From a bacterium (GTDB taxonomy: Bacteria; Patescibacteriota; Minisyncoccia; UBA6257; GWB1-50-10): a stretch of 50,233 nucleotides of DNA. Of the stretch, positions 16,669 through 25,309 are shown piece by piece; the stretch's first letter is position 1, and each line of letters starts with the position of its first letter. Both the position numbers and the translations under genes were made by a program. The DNA is taken from positions 1 to 50,233 of the forward strand of contig JAJZPU010000001.1 of assembly GCA_021811055.1 (NCBI GenBank), read 5' to 3'. The notes under the pieces are model-generated. The model had not been told where the DNA came from. It was given only the letters and a program-made list of their open reading frames with translations, and made no database searches.

Positions 16669-18070
16669 AACCGGAAAAATCGCGCTCCGACCGCGTATCG
16701 TGTATTCGGGGATTTTTTTCGCGTGCGTTGCTTTTGGTGTCGCGACGGGAATATGGCTATGGTTCCAAAATAGGGAGTTGCGGGCGATGAAATCTTTACA
16801 GCCGATCGTATATTATAGTGTTTCGAAGGATGAACCATTTATAAACGCGGGAGATATTGTTGCGGAAGACAACAAGGGAACGTTCCAAGCGGAGAAAGAG
16901 GCGCTCATACGAAAAAAATCTGATTTTATCGAAGCGGATCTGAAAAACATGAAGTTGTCGCTCTATAAAGACGGGGAGGTGAAAAATATATATACCATAT
17001 TAAGAAAGGGAAAGATGGGGAGTTTCTGGGAAACAACCACCGGAATATATTCGGTAGGGGCGAAAAGCGCGAATCATTTTTCCTCGATCGCAAAAGTATG
17101 GATGCCATACGGAATACAATTCTACGGGAATTTTTTCATACATGGATGGCCATACTATGCCGACGGCACGCTTTTACAGTCTTCGTATTCCGGAGGGTGT
17201 ATCCGTCTTGATACGGACGATGCGGAGAAAGTATTTACATTCGCAAAGTATGGAATGCCGGTGCTTGTGTTCGAAGAACAACCGAAGCGGACGCTCTATG
17301 AATCGCTTACCTATAGCGATGGCGCGTCGGATATGCCAATTGTACAGGCGGAAGCGGCGATTGTTACGGATATGGATACGGGGGAAGTGTTACTCGATAA
17401 AAACATCAACGAACCTCTTCCACTTGGTGCACTCACAAAGACCATGACGGCACTTACGACGAGCGAGGTGGTGAATCTTGAACGCACCATTACCGCACAG
17501 GCGTGGATGCTTGAAAAACCGACAAGCGACAATTTTTTGAAAACAGGAGAGCGATATCGCGGATTCGATCTTTTATATCCGCTTCTTATGCAGTCATCGA
17601 ACGATGCCGCGTCGGTGCTGGGAAGTTTTTTGGGTGAACCAAGCACCGTAATCCAGATGAATAAAAAAGCGAAAGGACTCGGCATGGTGAATACGACATT
17701 TGTCGACGTGACCGGAGAATCTGACGGCAACATTTCCACGCTTATGGACCTTTCCCGTCTCGCGCAATATATTCTTGAAAAACGCGGATTTATTTTCGGA
17801 GTGAGTATTGGTACGGAATACCCGGAACAAAAATCGATCGCGTTCCAGAATCTCACGAATTACAATCCATTTGTCGGAGAAAAAGGCATCACGGGAGTCA
17901 TCGGAGGGCGCACCGATGCAGTTGGGTTTACGGTGCTCACCGCATGGAATTTTTCAAAGGAAGGAAAATCGCCGCGGAATATTCTTATAGGAGTGCTTGG
18001 TTCAAATGACGCAAACAGCGACATCATGGCAATCCGCGCATGGATCGAAAAAAATTTCGGAATGAAATAA
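16646..18070 (+). CDS. Fusion protein: L,D-transpeptidase (YkuD) domain plus peptidase-S11 (D-Ala-D-Ala carboxypeptidase)-like domain with degenerate active site
   Basis: Has an N-terminal TM helix and the YkuD signature FFIHGWPY...SGGCIRL. The S11-like part reads EAAIVTDMDTGEVLLDKN...PLGALTKTMTA, where ALTK replaces SxxK. It retains SSND (SxN), and GGRTD stands where KTG is expected. Confidence 0.8.
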   Translation: MRMEENNKTGKIALRPRIVYSGIFFACVAFGVATGIWLWFQNRELRAMKSLQPIVYYSVSKDEPFINAGDIVAEDNKGTFQAEKEALIRKKSDFIEADLKNMKLSLYKDGEVKNIYTILRKGKMGSFWETTTGIYSVGAKSANHFSSIAKVWMPYGIQFYGNFFIHGWPYYADGTLLQSSYSGGCIRLDTDDAEKVFTFAKYGMPVLVFEEQPKRTLYESLTYSDGASDMPIVQAEAAIVTDMDTGEVLLDKNINEPLPLGALTKTMTALTTSEVVNLERTITAQAWMLEKPTSDNFLKTGERYRGFDLLYPLLMQSSNDAASVLGSFLGEPSTVIQMNKKAKGLGMVNTTFVDVTGESDGNISTLMDLSRLAQYILEKRGFIFGVSIGTEYPEQKSIAFQNLTNYNPFVGEKGITGVIGGRTDAVGFTVLTAWNFSKEGKSPRNILIGVLGSNDANSDIMAIRAWIEKNFGMK

Positions 18071-18084
18071 CCATACGGACGTAT

Positions 18085-18090
18085 TATAAT
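18085..18090 (+). promoter_or_regulatory. -10 hexamer TATAAT 6 nt upstream of the rpiB ATG (candidate leaderless promoter)
   Basis: Reads TATAAT-gaaaac-ATG(18097) with no SD. Confidence 0.45.
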
Positions 18091-18096
18091 GAAAAC

Positions 18097-18594
18097 ATGA
18101 TCATATATATCGGCGCTGATCACAGGGGATTTAAATTAAAGGAAGCGATCAAAAGTTTTCTGAAAAACCGTGGCTATCAGGTGTGGGATGTGGGAGATTT
18201 ACGCTACGATGAGCAGGACGATTATCCGGATTTTGCGCTCGCACTCGCTCGGAAAGTGTCGAATGATTACGAGAACAGCAAGGGAATTCTTATCTGCGGA
18301 AACGGCGTGGGAATGAGTGTTGTCGTGAATAAATTCCGGCGTATTCGCGCGGGGCTTGTTGTAAATGCCGATCAAGCGTTCGATTCCAGGAACGACGACG
18401 ATACGAATGTTCTTGTGCTTCCCGCGGATTATCTCACGACCGACATGGTGCGGAAGATACTCATTGCATGGCTCGAAACTCCGTTCGCCCACGAAGAACG
18501 TTTTCGCCGGAGAATCGAAAAGATAAACAGGATCGAAGAGGAGTTTCTTCGTTCTTTTGTTGATGTGGAAGGGGAAAACAAAAAGGATAAATGA
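18097..18594 (+). CDS. rpiB: Ribose-5-phosphate isomerase B (RpiB/LacAB family)
   Basis: Has MIIYIGADHRGFKLK and ILICGNGVGMSVVVNK, plus a ~35-aa charged C-terminal extension. Confidence 0.9.
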   Translation: MIIYIGADHRGFKLKEAIKSFLKNRGYQVWDVGDLRYDEQDDYPDFALALARKVSNDYENSKGILICGNGVGMSVVVNKFRRIRAGLVVNADQAFDSRNDDDTNVLVLPADYLTTDMVRKILIAWLETPFAHEERFRRRIEKINRIEEEFLRSFVDVEGENKKDK

Positions 18595-18598
18595 ATAT

Positions 18599-19252
18599 AT
18601 GATGGTGATTCCTTCCTTGAACTGCGGAAATTCCGAATGCACTCGCGAAAAAACGCGGGTGTTGAATGATATACGCGCATCATGGGTACATGTTGACGTT
18701 GCCGACGGAATATTTGCGCCCGTTATACTTTCGGAAGACGCGGCGGCGATAAAAAAAATATTCGAGAAAGAGGAATATCGGGGAAATATCGAGGTACATC
18801 TCATGGTGGCGCATCCGGAGCGCTGGGTGCGGGCGTGGCTTGAATGCGGTGCGCGGAGGATACTGGCGCACGCGGAAGTTGTTTCCGATGTGGAGATATT
18901 CAAAAAAATAAAATCGGAATGTGATTCTTTCGGAGCCGAACTCGGTGTTGCGGTACAAGCGGCGACTCCGGAAACGACAATGGAGCAACTTCTTGCGCAC
19001 GCCGCGTTTTGGACGATACTCGCGGTCCCCATAGGTTTTTCCGGCGGGATATTCGAAGAGAAATATGCGCTGAAAAAGATACTGTTTTTGCGGAAACGTA
19101 TTCCGGGGGTGGTCATCGAAGTCGACGGGGGAATGAACCTAAAGACCGGAGTTTTGGTAAAAAATGCGGGAGCCGACATCATCATAAGCGGTGCATTTAT
19201 ATTTTCACATAATGATCCGGGGGAAGCGTTTCGCACGCTCGAGAATCTTTAA
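18599..19252 (+). CDS. rpe: Ribulose-phosphate 3-epimerase
   Basis: 218 aa with TIM-barrel motifs VHVDVADGIFAP, EVHLMV, VDGGMN and ADIIISGAFIF. It sits between rpiB and tkt. Confidence 0.8.
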   Translation: MMVIPSLNCGNSECTREKTRVLNDIRASWVHVDVADGIFAPVILSEDAAAIKKIFEKEEYRGNIEVHLMVAHPERWVRAWLECGARRILAHAEVVSDVEIFKKIKSECDSFGAELGVAVQAATPETTMEQLLAHAAFWTILAVPIGFSGGIFEEKYALKKILFLRKRIPGVVIEVDGGMNLKTGVLVKNAGADIIISGAFIFSHNDPGEAFRTLENL

Positions 19253-19261
19253 GGGAACGGG

Positions 19262-19267
19262 TATAAT
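19262..19267 (+). promoter_or_regulatory. -10 hexamer TATAAT 8 nt upstream of the transketolase-N ATG (candidate leaderless promoter)
   Basis: Reads TATAAT-aagatcgt-ATG(19276) with no SD. Confidence 0.45.
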
Positions 19268-19275
19268 AAGATCGT

Positions 19276-20136
19276 ATGACATATTTTCATGAGGATGAGT
19301 TGAAATATCTTGAGGGGGTTGCGACGAGAATACGGGAAAAGATCATTGAGATGCTTCTCGAAGCGGGATCGGGACACTCCGCGGGACCGCTCGGTATGGC
19401 GGATATTTTTACTGCGCTTTATTTTAATGTATTACGTCATGATCCCAAGAAGCCGAAATGGCCTGATCGGGACCGGCTTGTGCTTTCGAACGGACATATT
19501 TGTCCGGTACAGTATGTGGCTCTTGCGTACGCGGGATATTTTCCTCTTGAAGAACTGATGACGCTTCGAAAGATAGATTCGCGTCTCCAGGGGCATCCGC
19601 ATCGCGGGACGCTCCCCGGTATAGAAACAACATCGGGTCCTTTGGGATCCGGACTTTCCCAGGCGATCGGAATGGCGCTTGCCGCGCAGATGGATAAGAA
19701 AAAATATTGGACATATTGTATTGCATCGGATGGAGAACATCAGGAGGGTAACTTCTGGGAAGCGGTGATGTTTGCGGGAAAAAACAAGTTTTTAAATCTT
19801 ATTCTTATCGTGGACAGAAACAATATCCAGATAGACGGATATACTGAAAAGGTAATGCAGCTCGAACCACTCCGCGCGAAATACGAAGCATTCAACTGGC
19901 ACGTGCTTGAAATAGACGGACACAACATAGAAGATTTCGTCGATGCCGTGAGTGAAGCGAAAGCGATCTACGAAAAACCGACCGTTATCATCGCGCACAC
20001 GATTCCGGGAAGGGGAGTGAGTTTTATGGAACGTGATTACCTGTGGCACGGGAAGCCTCCGACGAAGGAAGAAGCGGAGCGTGCGCTTCTCGAACTCCGG
20101 ACGCTCGGAAAAAGGATAGAATCGGAACACGAATAA
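19276..20136 (+). CDS. tktA: Transketolase, N-terminal (TPP-binding) subunit of a split enzyme
   Basis: 286 aa with GSGHSAGPLGMADIF, SNGH, GSLGQ-like GPLGSGLSQAIGMA and DGE..EG. Confidence 0.9.
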   Translation: MTYFHEDELKYLEGVATRIREKIIEMLLEAGSGHSAGPLGMADIFTALYFNVLRHDPKKPKWPDRDRLVLSNGHICPVQYVALAYAGYFPLEELMTLRKIDSRLQGHPHRGTLPGIETTSGPLGSGLSQAIGMALAAQMDKKKYWTYCIASDGEHQEGNFWEAVMFAGKNKFLNLILIVDRNNIQIDGYTEKVMQLEPLRAKYEAFNWHVLEIDGHNIEDFVDAVSEAKAIYEKPTVIIAHTIPGRGVSFMERDYLWHGKPPTKEEAERALLELRTLGKRIESEHE

Positions 20137-20209
20137 GAACAGTAGAAAAAATTTAGTATAAAGTAGTAAGTATAAATACGAATTAAGATGTCGAATATAT
20201 CCAAATAAC

Positions 20210-21223
20210 ATGCTGAACAAAAATTTAAATCAAAAACTTTTCGATAAGGATGTGGAGCAGATTCCCACCCGGAACGGATACGGAGAGGGACTTGTGGTGC
20301 TTGGGGAAGAAAACCCGAATGTAGTGGTGCTTTCCGCCGACCTTACGGAATCAACACGCGCAGAAGCATTTTCAAAGAAATTTCCCGAGCGGTTCATCGA
20401 GATTGGTGTTGCGGAACAGAATCTTGCGACGATCGCCGCGGGGCTCGGTATCAGCGGAAAAATTCCGTTCATCTCATCTTATGCGACATTTTCTCCGGGA
20501 AGAAATTATGAACAGATCCGGACAACGATCGCATACAACGATTCGAATGTAAAAATCGCGGGTGCGCATGCGGGAATCTCCGTTGGTCCCGACGGAGCGA
20601 CGCATCAGGCGACGGAAGATATTGCGATCATGCGCGTGATGCCGAATATGAAAGTTATTGTTCCCTGCGACGTAATAGAAGCAAGGAAAGCTACTATTGC
20701 AGCGGCAAAAATTTGGGGACCTGTATATATCAGGTTTGGAAGGGAAAAAAGTCCCGTACTGACAACGGAAACAACGCCGTTTATTGTTGGAAAAGCTCAG
20801 CTCCTCTGGGTGCCGTCGGAAAAAAGAAAGGTAAAGAAACCCGACGTGTTGATAGTCGGATGCGGACCACTTCTCCATAACGCGCTTTGTGCGGCGAAAG
20901 CGCTTGAAGATGAAAAAATAAATGTTTCCGTGATGAATGTTCACACAATAAAACCGCTTGACGAGGATTCAATTCTGAATCACGCAGGACACGCGGGTGC
21001 GGTCGTGACGCTTGAAGAACATCAGATTGCCGGGGGATTGGGAGGCGCGGTTGCCGAACTTCTCGCAAAAAAACTTCCATTACCGATCGAATTTGTGGGG
21101 ATGGAAGATACATTCGGCGAATCGGGAAAACCGAACGAGCTTATTGAGAAATACGGCATGGGAGTGGGAGCGATAAAAGATGCGGTAAAGAGAGTAATAA
21201 AAAGGAAAACGCAGAGTGTGTAA
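20210..21223 (+). CDS. tktB: Transketolase, C-terminal (pyrimidine-binding plus C-terminal domain) subunit
   Basis: 337 aa with FIEIGVAEQNLATIAAGL, GPDGATHQATEDIAIMR and a C-terminal transketolase domain. Confidence 0.9.
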   Translation: MLNKNLNQKLFDKDVEQIPTRNGYGEGLVVLGEENPNVVVLSADLTESTRAEAFSKKFPERFIEIGVAEQNLATIAAGLGISGKIPFISSYATFSPGRNYEQIRTTIAYNDSNVKIAGAHAGISVGPDGATHQATEDIAIMRVMPNMKVIVPCDVIEARKATIAAAKIWGPVYIRFGREKSPVLTTETTPFIVGKAQLLWVPSEKRKVKKPDVLIVGCGPLLHNALCAAKALEDEKINVSVMNVHTIKPLDEDSILNHAGHAGAVVTLEEHQIAGGLGGAVAELLAKKLPLPIEFVGMEDTFGESGKPNELIEKYGMGVGAIKDAVKRVIKRKTQSV

Positions 21224-21227
21224 AAAA

Positions 21228-22994
21228 ATGAATTCTGAAAACAGAACCTGTCAAAGTTGTAAAAAAATCTTCACGATAGCGAGTGAAGATTTTGATTTCT
21301 ATGAGAAAATAAAAGCGCCTTCGCCCACTTGGTGTCCGGAGTGTCGCTCAATCCGGAGAATGAGCTGGAGGAATGAAAGCTCGCTGTATCGGCATGTATG
21401 CGGATCGTGCAAAAAGCCGATCATAACCATATATTCCCCTCATTATCCGCGGACAATATATTGTAAGGAATGTTGGGTGTCCGATGTATGGGATCCAAAA
21501 ACATATGGCATAGACTACGAGGAAGATACCCCCTTTTTTGTTCAATTCAGGAAGCTTTTTGATACTGTTCCGCTTGTTCTCGCAGATAGGAAAGGCACAA
21601 CCGAAAACAGCGAGTACGGAAACTACAACGGAAATTGCAAAAATTGTTATCTCTGTTTTTCCGTCGCCTTGAGTGAGGACAGCCTCTACTGCGCGAATTC
21701 GCAAGAATTGAAAGAATGCATTGATTCGACAGGATTGCGAAATGGTGAATTGTGTTATGAAGCAGTAGACAGTGAAAAGAATTACAGGTGTATGTTTATC
21801 GAAAGAACCCGCGAAAGTGCCGATTCAAGTTTTCTTTTCGGATGTTCGAATGCGGTGAATTGTTTTATGAGCGCGAACATAAGGAATAAGAGCTATGTAT
21901 TTCGGGGAAAACAGATGAGCGCCGAAGATTATAAGAAAGAAATGACTAAGATCGATATGGGGGATTTTTCCGTTGTCCGGGAATTAAAAAATGAATTCAA
22001 TGCAATGAAGCTACTGGCGTTGCGAAAGCATGCCGAAATAAAAAATTCGATGAATGCCACCGGCGACAACATCACAAATTCAAAAAACGTATTTTACTCT
22101 TTTGATGTAAACGACTCCGAGAATATAAAATATAGCATGAGAATTCTAAAAGGATGCCGTGATATATACGACTGCCATGGTATGGTTGCGGGGGAGCTCG
22201 TATATGAAGGATTTGGTTGTGGATTTTCTCCAAGAAACAACCTCTTCTCTTTTTCGGTTGATGTAAGCCGGAACCTTACCTATTGCGCGATGTGCCATGA
22301 CAGTTCTGATTGTTTCGGATGTGTTGGTCTGAAGAATCAACATTATTGTATTTTAAACAAACAGTACGAAGAAAAAGAATATAAGGAACTTGTTACAAAG
22401 ATTAAAAATCTAATGGATAAAGTCCCCTATACCGACACAAAAGGGAGGGTATACGGATATGGTGAGTTCTTTCCATCGGAGTTGTCTCCCTTCGGATATA
22501 ACGAGACCATAGCGCAGGATAATTTTCCGATTACAAAAGAAGAAGCAGTGACGCAAGGTTTTTTGTGGAAAGATGATGAAAAAAAGAATCATATCCCGAC
22601 GATATTTTCAGATATGATTCCTAAAAACATTACAGACGTGGATGAATCGATTACGAATGAAATTATTCAATGCGAGCATAAAGGATCGTGCAATGAACGG
22701 TGTTCCTCCGCTTTCAAAGTTACCCCTCAAGAATTTTTATTGTATAAAAAACTTTCTGTTCCGATCCCACACCTTTGTCCGAGTTGTCGGCATTTTGAGC
22801 GGTTGAAACGAAGAAATTCCCTCAAACTCTGGCATCGGCAATGCATGTGCGGTCAACCGGCAATGGCGCACCAAAACACCGCAATTCATGAGCACGGGAG
22901 CAGGCCGTGTCCGAATGGGTTTGAAACAAGTTACCCACCCGAACGACCGGAGATTGTATATTGCGAACAATGTTATCAAAAGGAGGTGGTGTAG
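21228..22994 (+). CDS. Cysteine-rich zinc-ribbon/Cys-repeat protein, paralog 1 of 4 (uncharacterised family)
   Basis: The N-terminal module is CQSC..FYEKI..P.PTWCPECR..CGSC..CKEC. The centre is Cys-rich, with ..CFGCVGLKNQHYCILNKQYEEKEY. The C-terminal module ends PERPEIVYCEQCYQKEVV. It has no signal peptide. ATG 21228 lies 5 nt after the tktB stop, and an alternative GTG 21216 overlaps it. Confidence 0.85.
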   Translation: MNSENRTCQSCKKIFTIASEDFDFYEKIKAPSPTWCPECRSIRRMSWRNESSLYRHVCGSCKKPIITIYSPHYPRTIYCKECWVSDVWDPKTYGIDYEEDTPFFVQFRKLFDTVPLVLADRKGTTENSEYGNYNGNCKNCYLCFSVALSEDSLYCANSQELKECIDSTGLRNGELCYEAVDSEKNYRCMFIERTRESADSSFLFGCSNAVNCFMSANIRNKSYVFRGKQMSAEDYKKEMTKIDMGDFSVVRELKNEFNAMKLLALRKHAEIKNSMNATGDNITNSKNVFYSFDVNDSENIKYSMRILKGCRDIYDCHGMVAGELVYEGFGCGFSPRNNLFSFSVDVSRNLTYCAMCHDSSDCFGCVGLKNQHYCILNKQYEEKEYKELVTKIKNLMDKVPYTDTKGRVYGYGEFFPSELSPFGYNETIAQDNFPITKEEAVTQGFLWKDDEKKNHIPTIFSDMIPKNITDVDESITNEIIQCEHKGSCNERCSSAFKVTPQEFLLYKKLSVPIPHLCPSCRHFERLKRRNSLKLWHRQCMCGQPAMAHQNTAIHEHGSRPCPNGFETSYPPERPEIVYCEQCYQKEVV

Positions 22995-23112
22995 AATGAA
23001 ATCATGCGCAATTATTCAAAAGTAGGTAACCGAAACGGAAAACCCGGATATCGCACTCCCGCATCGTTTCGCATGAAAAAATATAAGGATAATTCCGGAA
23101 AAAATAAAAAAT

Positions 23113-23877
23113 ATGAGACTTACTCCTTCAAAAAACGCGCATAGAATGGCGGTACAATATCTTCAGCACGAATTCCGAAAGATACTTCCGGAGGTTTTTA
23201 GAACCCAAGGAGGAAGGGTGATCGACCGTGATTTTGAGCGTCTTTCGAAGCGGCAGGGAGAGGTTTCTTTTTGGAATCTTCTCGCCGGCGTATCCGAAGA
23301 CTGGAAGTTAAAATCGGTGTTCCGCGTGCTTTCGGATTCCCGATTTTCCTGGAAAAAGAAAAAAATTCCCGTGAGGGGCATCATTCTTACGGGAATGTCT
23401 CCGCTTATGGACGAATACGTTATAAAAAAATGCGACAGGAGCCCCATTGCATTCGGAGAGATGTGGAAAAAGGATAAAAAAATGAGAGACAAAATAAAAA
23501 AGAGCGGATTTTCCGCGCATTCCGAACGGGATCATTTTCCCATATTCGTAGCGCACGAAGACGGAAAGTACAAAGTTTTTGACGGAATGCGAAGAACACT
23601 TCTCGCGATCATTGGAAATAAGCGATATATAACCGCGTGGGTGGGGGATATGAAAAGAAAAAATGAAAAACCCATCATAAGCGAGGGATTCTGTTATGTT
23701 TTTTCCCAAATATACAAAAACGGAAAAAGAACCAAAAAACAGAATGATGCGTTCGTCGAGGTGGGGAAAATCATTTCGAAAGAGTATGAAAATGGGAGGG
23801 ATGTGCTTAGAACGCGTATAGGGGGATGGTCTCATGATGGACGCATAAAGGAAATTTTTGAAAGAATGATAAAATAA
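23113..23877 (+). CDS. Hypothetical basic protein with possible ParB/Srx-like nuclease-fold core
   Basis: 254-aa Lys-rich ORF. The segment IPVRGIIL...HFPIFVAHEDGKYKVFDGMRRTLLAIIG resembles the ParB N-terminal DGxxR motif. The assignment is tentative. Confidence 0.55.
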   Translation: MRLTPSKNAHRMAVQYLQHEFRKILPEVFRTQGGRVIDRDFERLSKRQGEVSFWNLLAGVSEDWKLKSVFRVLSDSRFSWKKKKIPVRGIILTGMSPLMDEYVIKKCDRSPIAFGEMWKKDKKMRDKIKKSGFSAHSERDHFPIFVAHEDGKYKVFDGMRRTLLAIIGNKRYITAWVGDMKRKNEKPIISEGFCYVFSQIYKNGKRTKKQNDAFVEVGKIISKEYENGRDVLRTRIGGWSHDGRIKEIFERMIK

Positions 23878-23882
23878 TTTTT

Positions 23883-24554
23883 ATGGGAACACTGTATATT
23901 GTCGCGACGCCGATAGGAAATATGAAAGACATCACACTCCGTGCGCTTGAAACGCTGGGGAGCGTCGATCTTGTGCTTGCGGAAGATACGCGCGTCGCAA
24001 AAAAACTCTTATCGCATTACAACATTCAGAAACCGGTGTGGCGTGCCGATGCGCGCGCCGAGCGGGATATTGGAGAAAAAGTGATGCGCGAACTTACGTC
24101 GGGAAAAAATATCGCATTTGTTTCAGATGCGGGAACGCCGAACGTTTCCGATCCCGGGTCCGCAATCGTTGCGTATATCCGCAGCCATACCGTTATCCTA
24201 ATAGTTCCCATTCCGGGCGTATCGGCGATTACCACACTTCTTTCGGTTGCGGGAGTATCGGGTGATGCGTTCGTGTTTCTTGGATACCCGCCGCATAAGA
24301 AGGGAAGAAATACGTTCTTCAAGAAAATGGCGGAAATGGACATCTCCGTGATTTTTTACGAATCGCCGCACAGGATAGAGAAAACGATACAGAATATCGG
24401 GGAATATTGCGGAGAAGATAGGAAAATCTGCATCGGACGCGAGCTTACAAAGATGCACGAAGAGGTATTTTGGGGCACGACAAAAGAAGCGGAAAGCCAT
24501 TTTAAGGGGGAAAGGAAGAAGGGGGAGTTCGTTGTTGTAATTCCGCAAAATTAG
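23883..24554 (+). CDS. rsmI: 16S rRNA (cytidine1402-2'-O)-methyltransferase RsmI
   Basis: 223 aa with GTLYIVATPIGNMKDITLRALETL..VDLVLAEDTR and SDAGTP.VSDPG (tetrapyrrole-methylase fold, RsmI pattern). Confidence 0.9.
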   Translation: MGTLYIVATPIGNMKDITLRALETLGSVDLVLAEDTRVAKKLLSHYNIQKPVWRADARAERDIGEKVMRELTSGKNIAFVSDAGTPNVSDPGSAIVAYIRSHTVILIVPIPGVSAITTLLSVAGVSGDAFVFLGYPPHKKGRNTFFKKMAEMDISVIFYESPHRIEKTIQNIGEYCGEDRKICIGRELTKMHEEVFWGTTKEAESHFKGERKKGEFVVVIPQN

Positions 24555-24577
24555 CACTTGACACCCTCGAGTGCTAA
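24551..24577. promoter_or_regulatory. CIRCE operator (HrcA binding site)
   Basis: TTAGCACTT-N9-GAGTGCTAA is a near-perfect match to the CIRCE inverted repeat TTAGCACTC-N9-GAGTGCTAA, and it lies immediately upstream of hrcA. Confidence 0.9.
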
Positions 24578-24585
24578 TTTATAAT
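24558..24585 (+). promoter_or_regulatory. Consensus promoter TTGACA-16 nt-TATAAT embedded in CIRCE; -10 ends 7 nt before the hrcA ATG
   Basis: TTGACA is at 24558-24563, TATAAT at 24580-24585 and ATG at 24593. Confidence 0.7.
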
Positions 24586-24592
24586 CAGAAAC

Positions 24593-25306
24593 ATGAGGGA
24601 AAGAACGAAAGAGATCCTCGAGGCGGGAGTGCGCCAGTTCATAAAAACCGGGCTTCCTATAACTTCCGAGCGTCTTTTTGAAGAATATGATTTTGGCATC
24701 AAGCCGGCCATGATACGCTGTGAATTGAATATACTCGACGAGGAGGGGTATCTGGAACAAAATCATCCGTCCGGAGGGCGTCGCCCGACGCATAAAGCCT
24801 ACAAACTTTTTGTTGATGGGTTGCTTTCGGACAAAGAAGAATCCTCGCGGCGGGCAAAACAGGCCTTCGGTACGCTCCTTTCTCTTTTTGAACAGGAACG
24901 CAAGGTATTTATAGAACACGTTGCGGACGCGTTTGATTCGTTTATTGCGGGATATGAACCGAAGCGGGAAGAATTTTACGGAAGCGGACTTTCCGATCTT
25001 ATGACGCGTATGGAACTTTCATCGAAGGACGAGGTGGTGCAGGTGGTGGAAGATTTTGAAAACCTTTCCTCTCGCATAGAAGAAGAGCGCCGTTGGTGGG
25101 AACGTGAATCGTCGTGGCCGCAAGTGTTTATCGGCGGGAGTCCGTTTACACGGAGCAGAAATACGTCGATTATTGTCGAACGATTCGACAGGGGAAACGA
25201 GAAATTCTTTTTTGTCATGCTCGGTCCTACGCGCATGGATTACCAGAAATCTATCAATTTTTTTAAAACACTCGAACAGTCGTTATTCGATAAAAAAGAA
25301 GACTAA
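24593..25306 (+). CDS. hrcA: Heat-inducible transcription repressor HrcA (short form)
   Basis: The N-terminal winged-helix region reads ILEAGVRQFIKTGLPITSERL...GIKPAMIRCELNILDEEGYLEQNHPSGGRRPT. Context is CIRCE upstream with grpE-dnaK downstream. At 237 aa it is shorter than typical HrcA. Confidence 0.8.
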   Translation: MRERTKEILEAGVRQFIKTGLPITSERLFEEYDFGIKPAMIRCELNILDEEGYLEQNHPSGGRRPTHKAYKLFVDGLLSDKEESSRRAKQAFGTLLSLFEQERKVFIEHVADAFDSFIAGYEPKREEFYGSGLSDLMTRMELSSKDEVVQVVEDFENLSSRIEEERRWWERESSWPQVFIGGSPFTRSRNTSIIVERFDRGNEKFFFVMLGPTRMDYQKSINFFKTLEQSLFDKKED

Positions 25307-25309
25307 ACT

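Noticed and set aside
18199-19236. 345-aa minus-strand ORF
   Set aside because: It is antisense to rpiB and rpe, which have clear family signatures. It has no recognisable motifs and a skewed composition.
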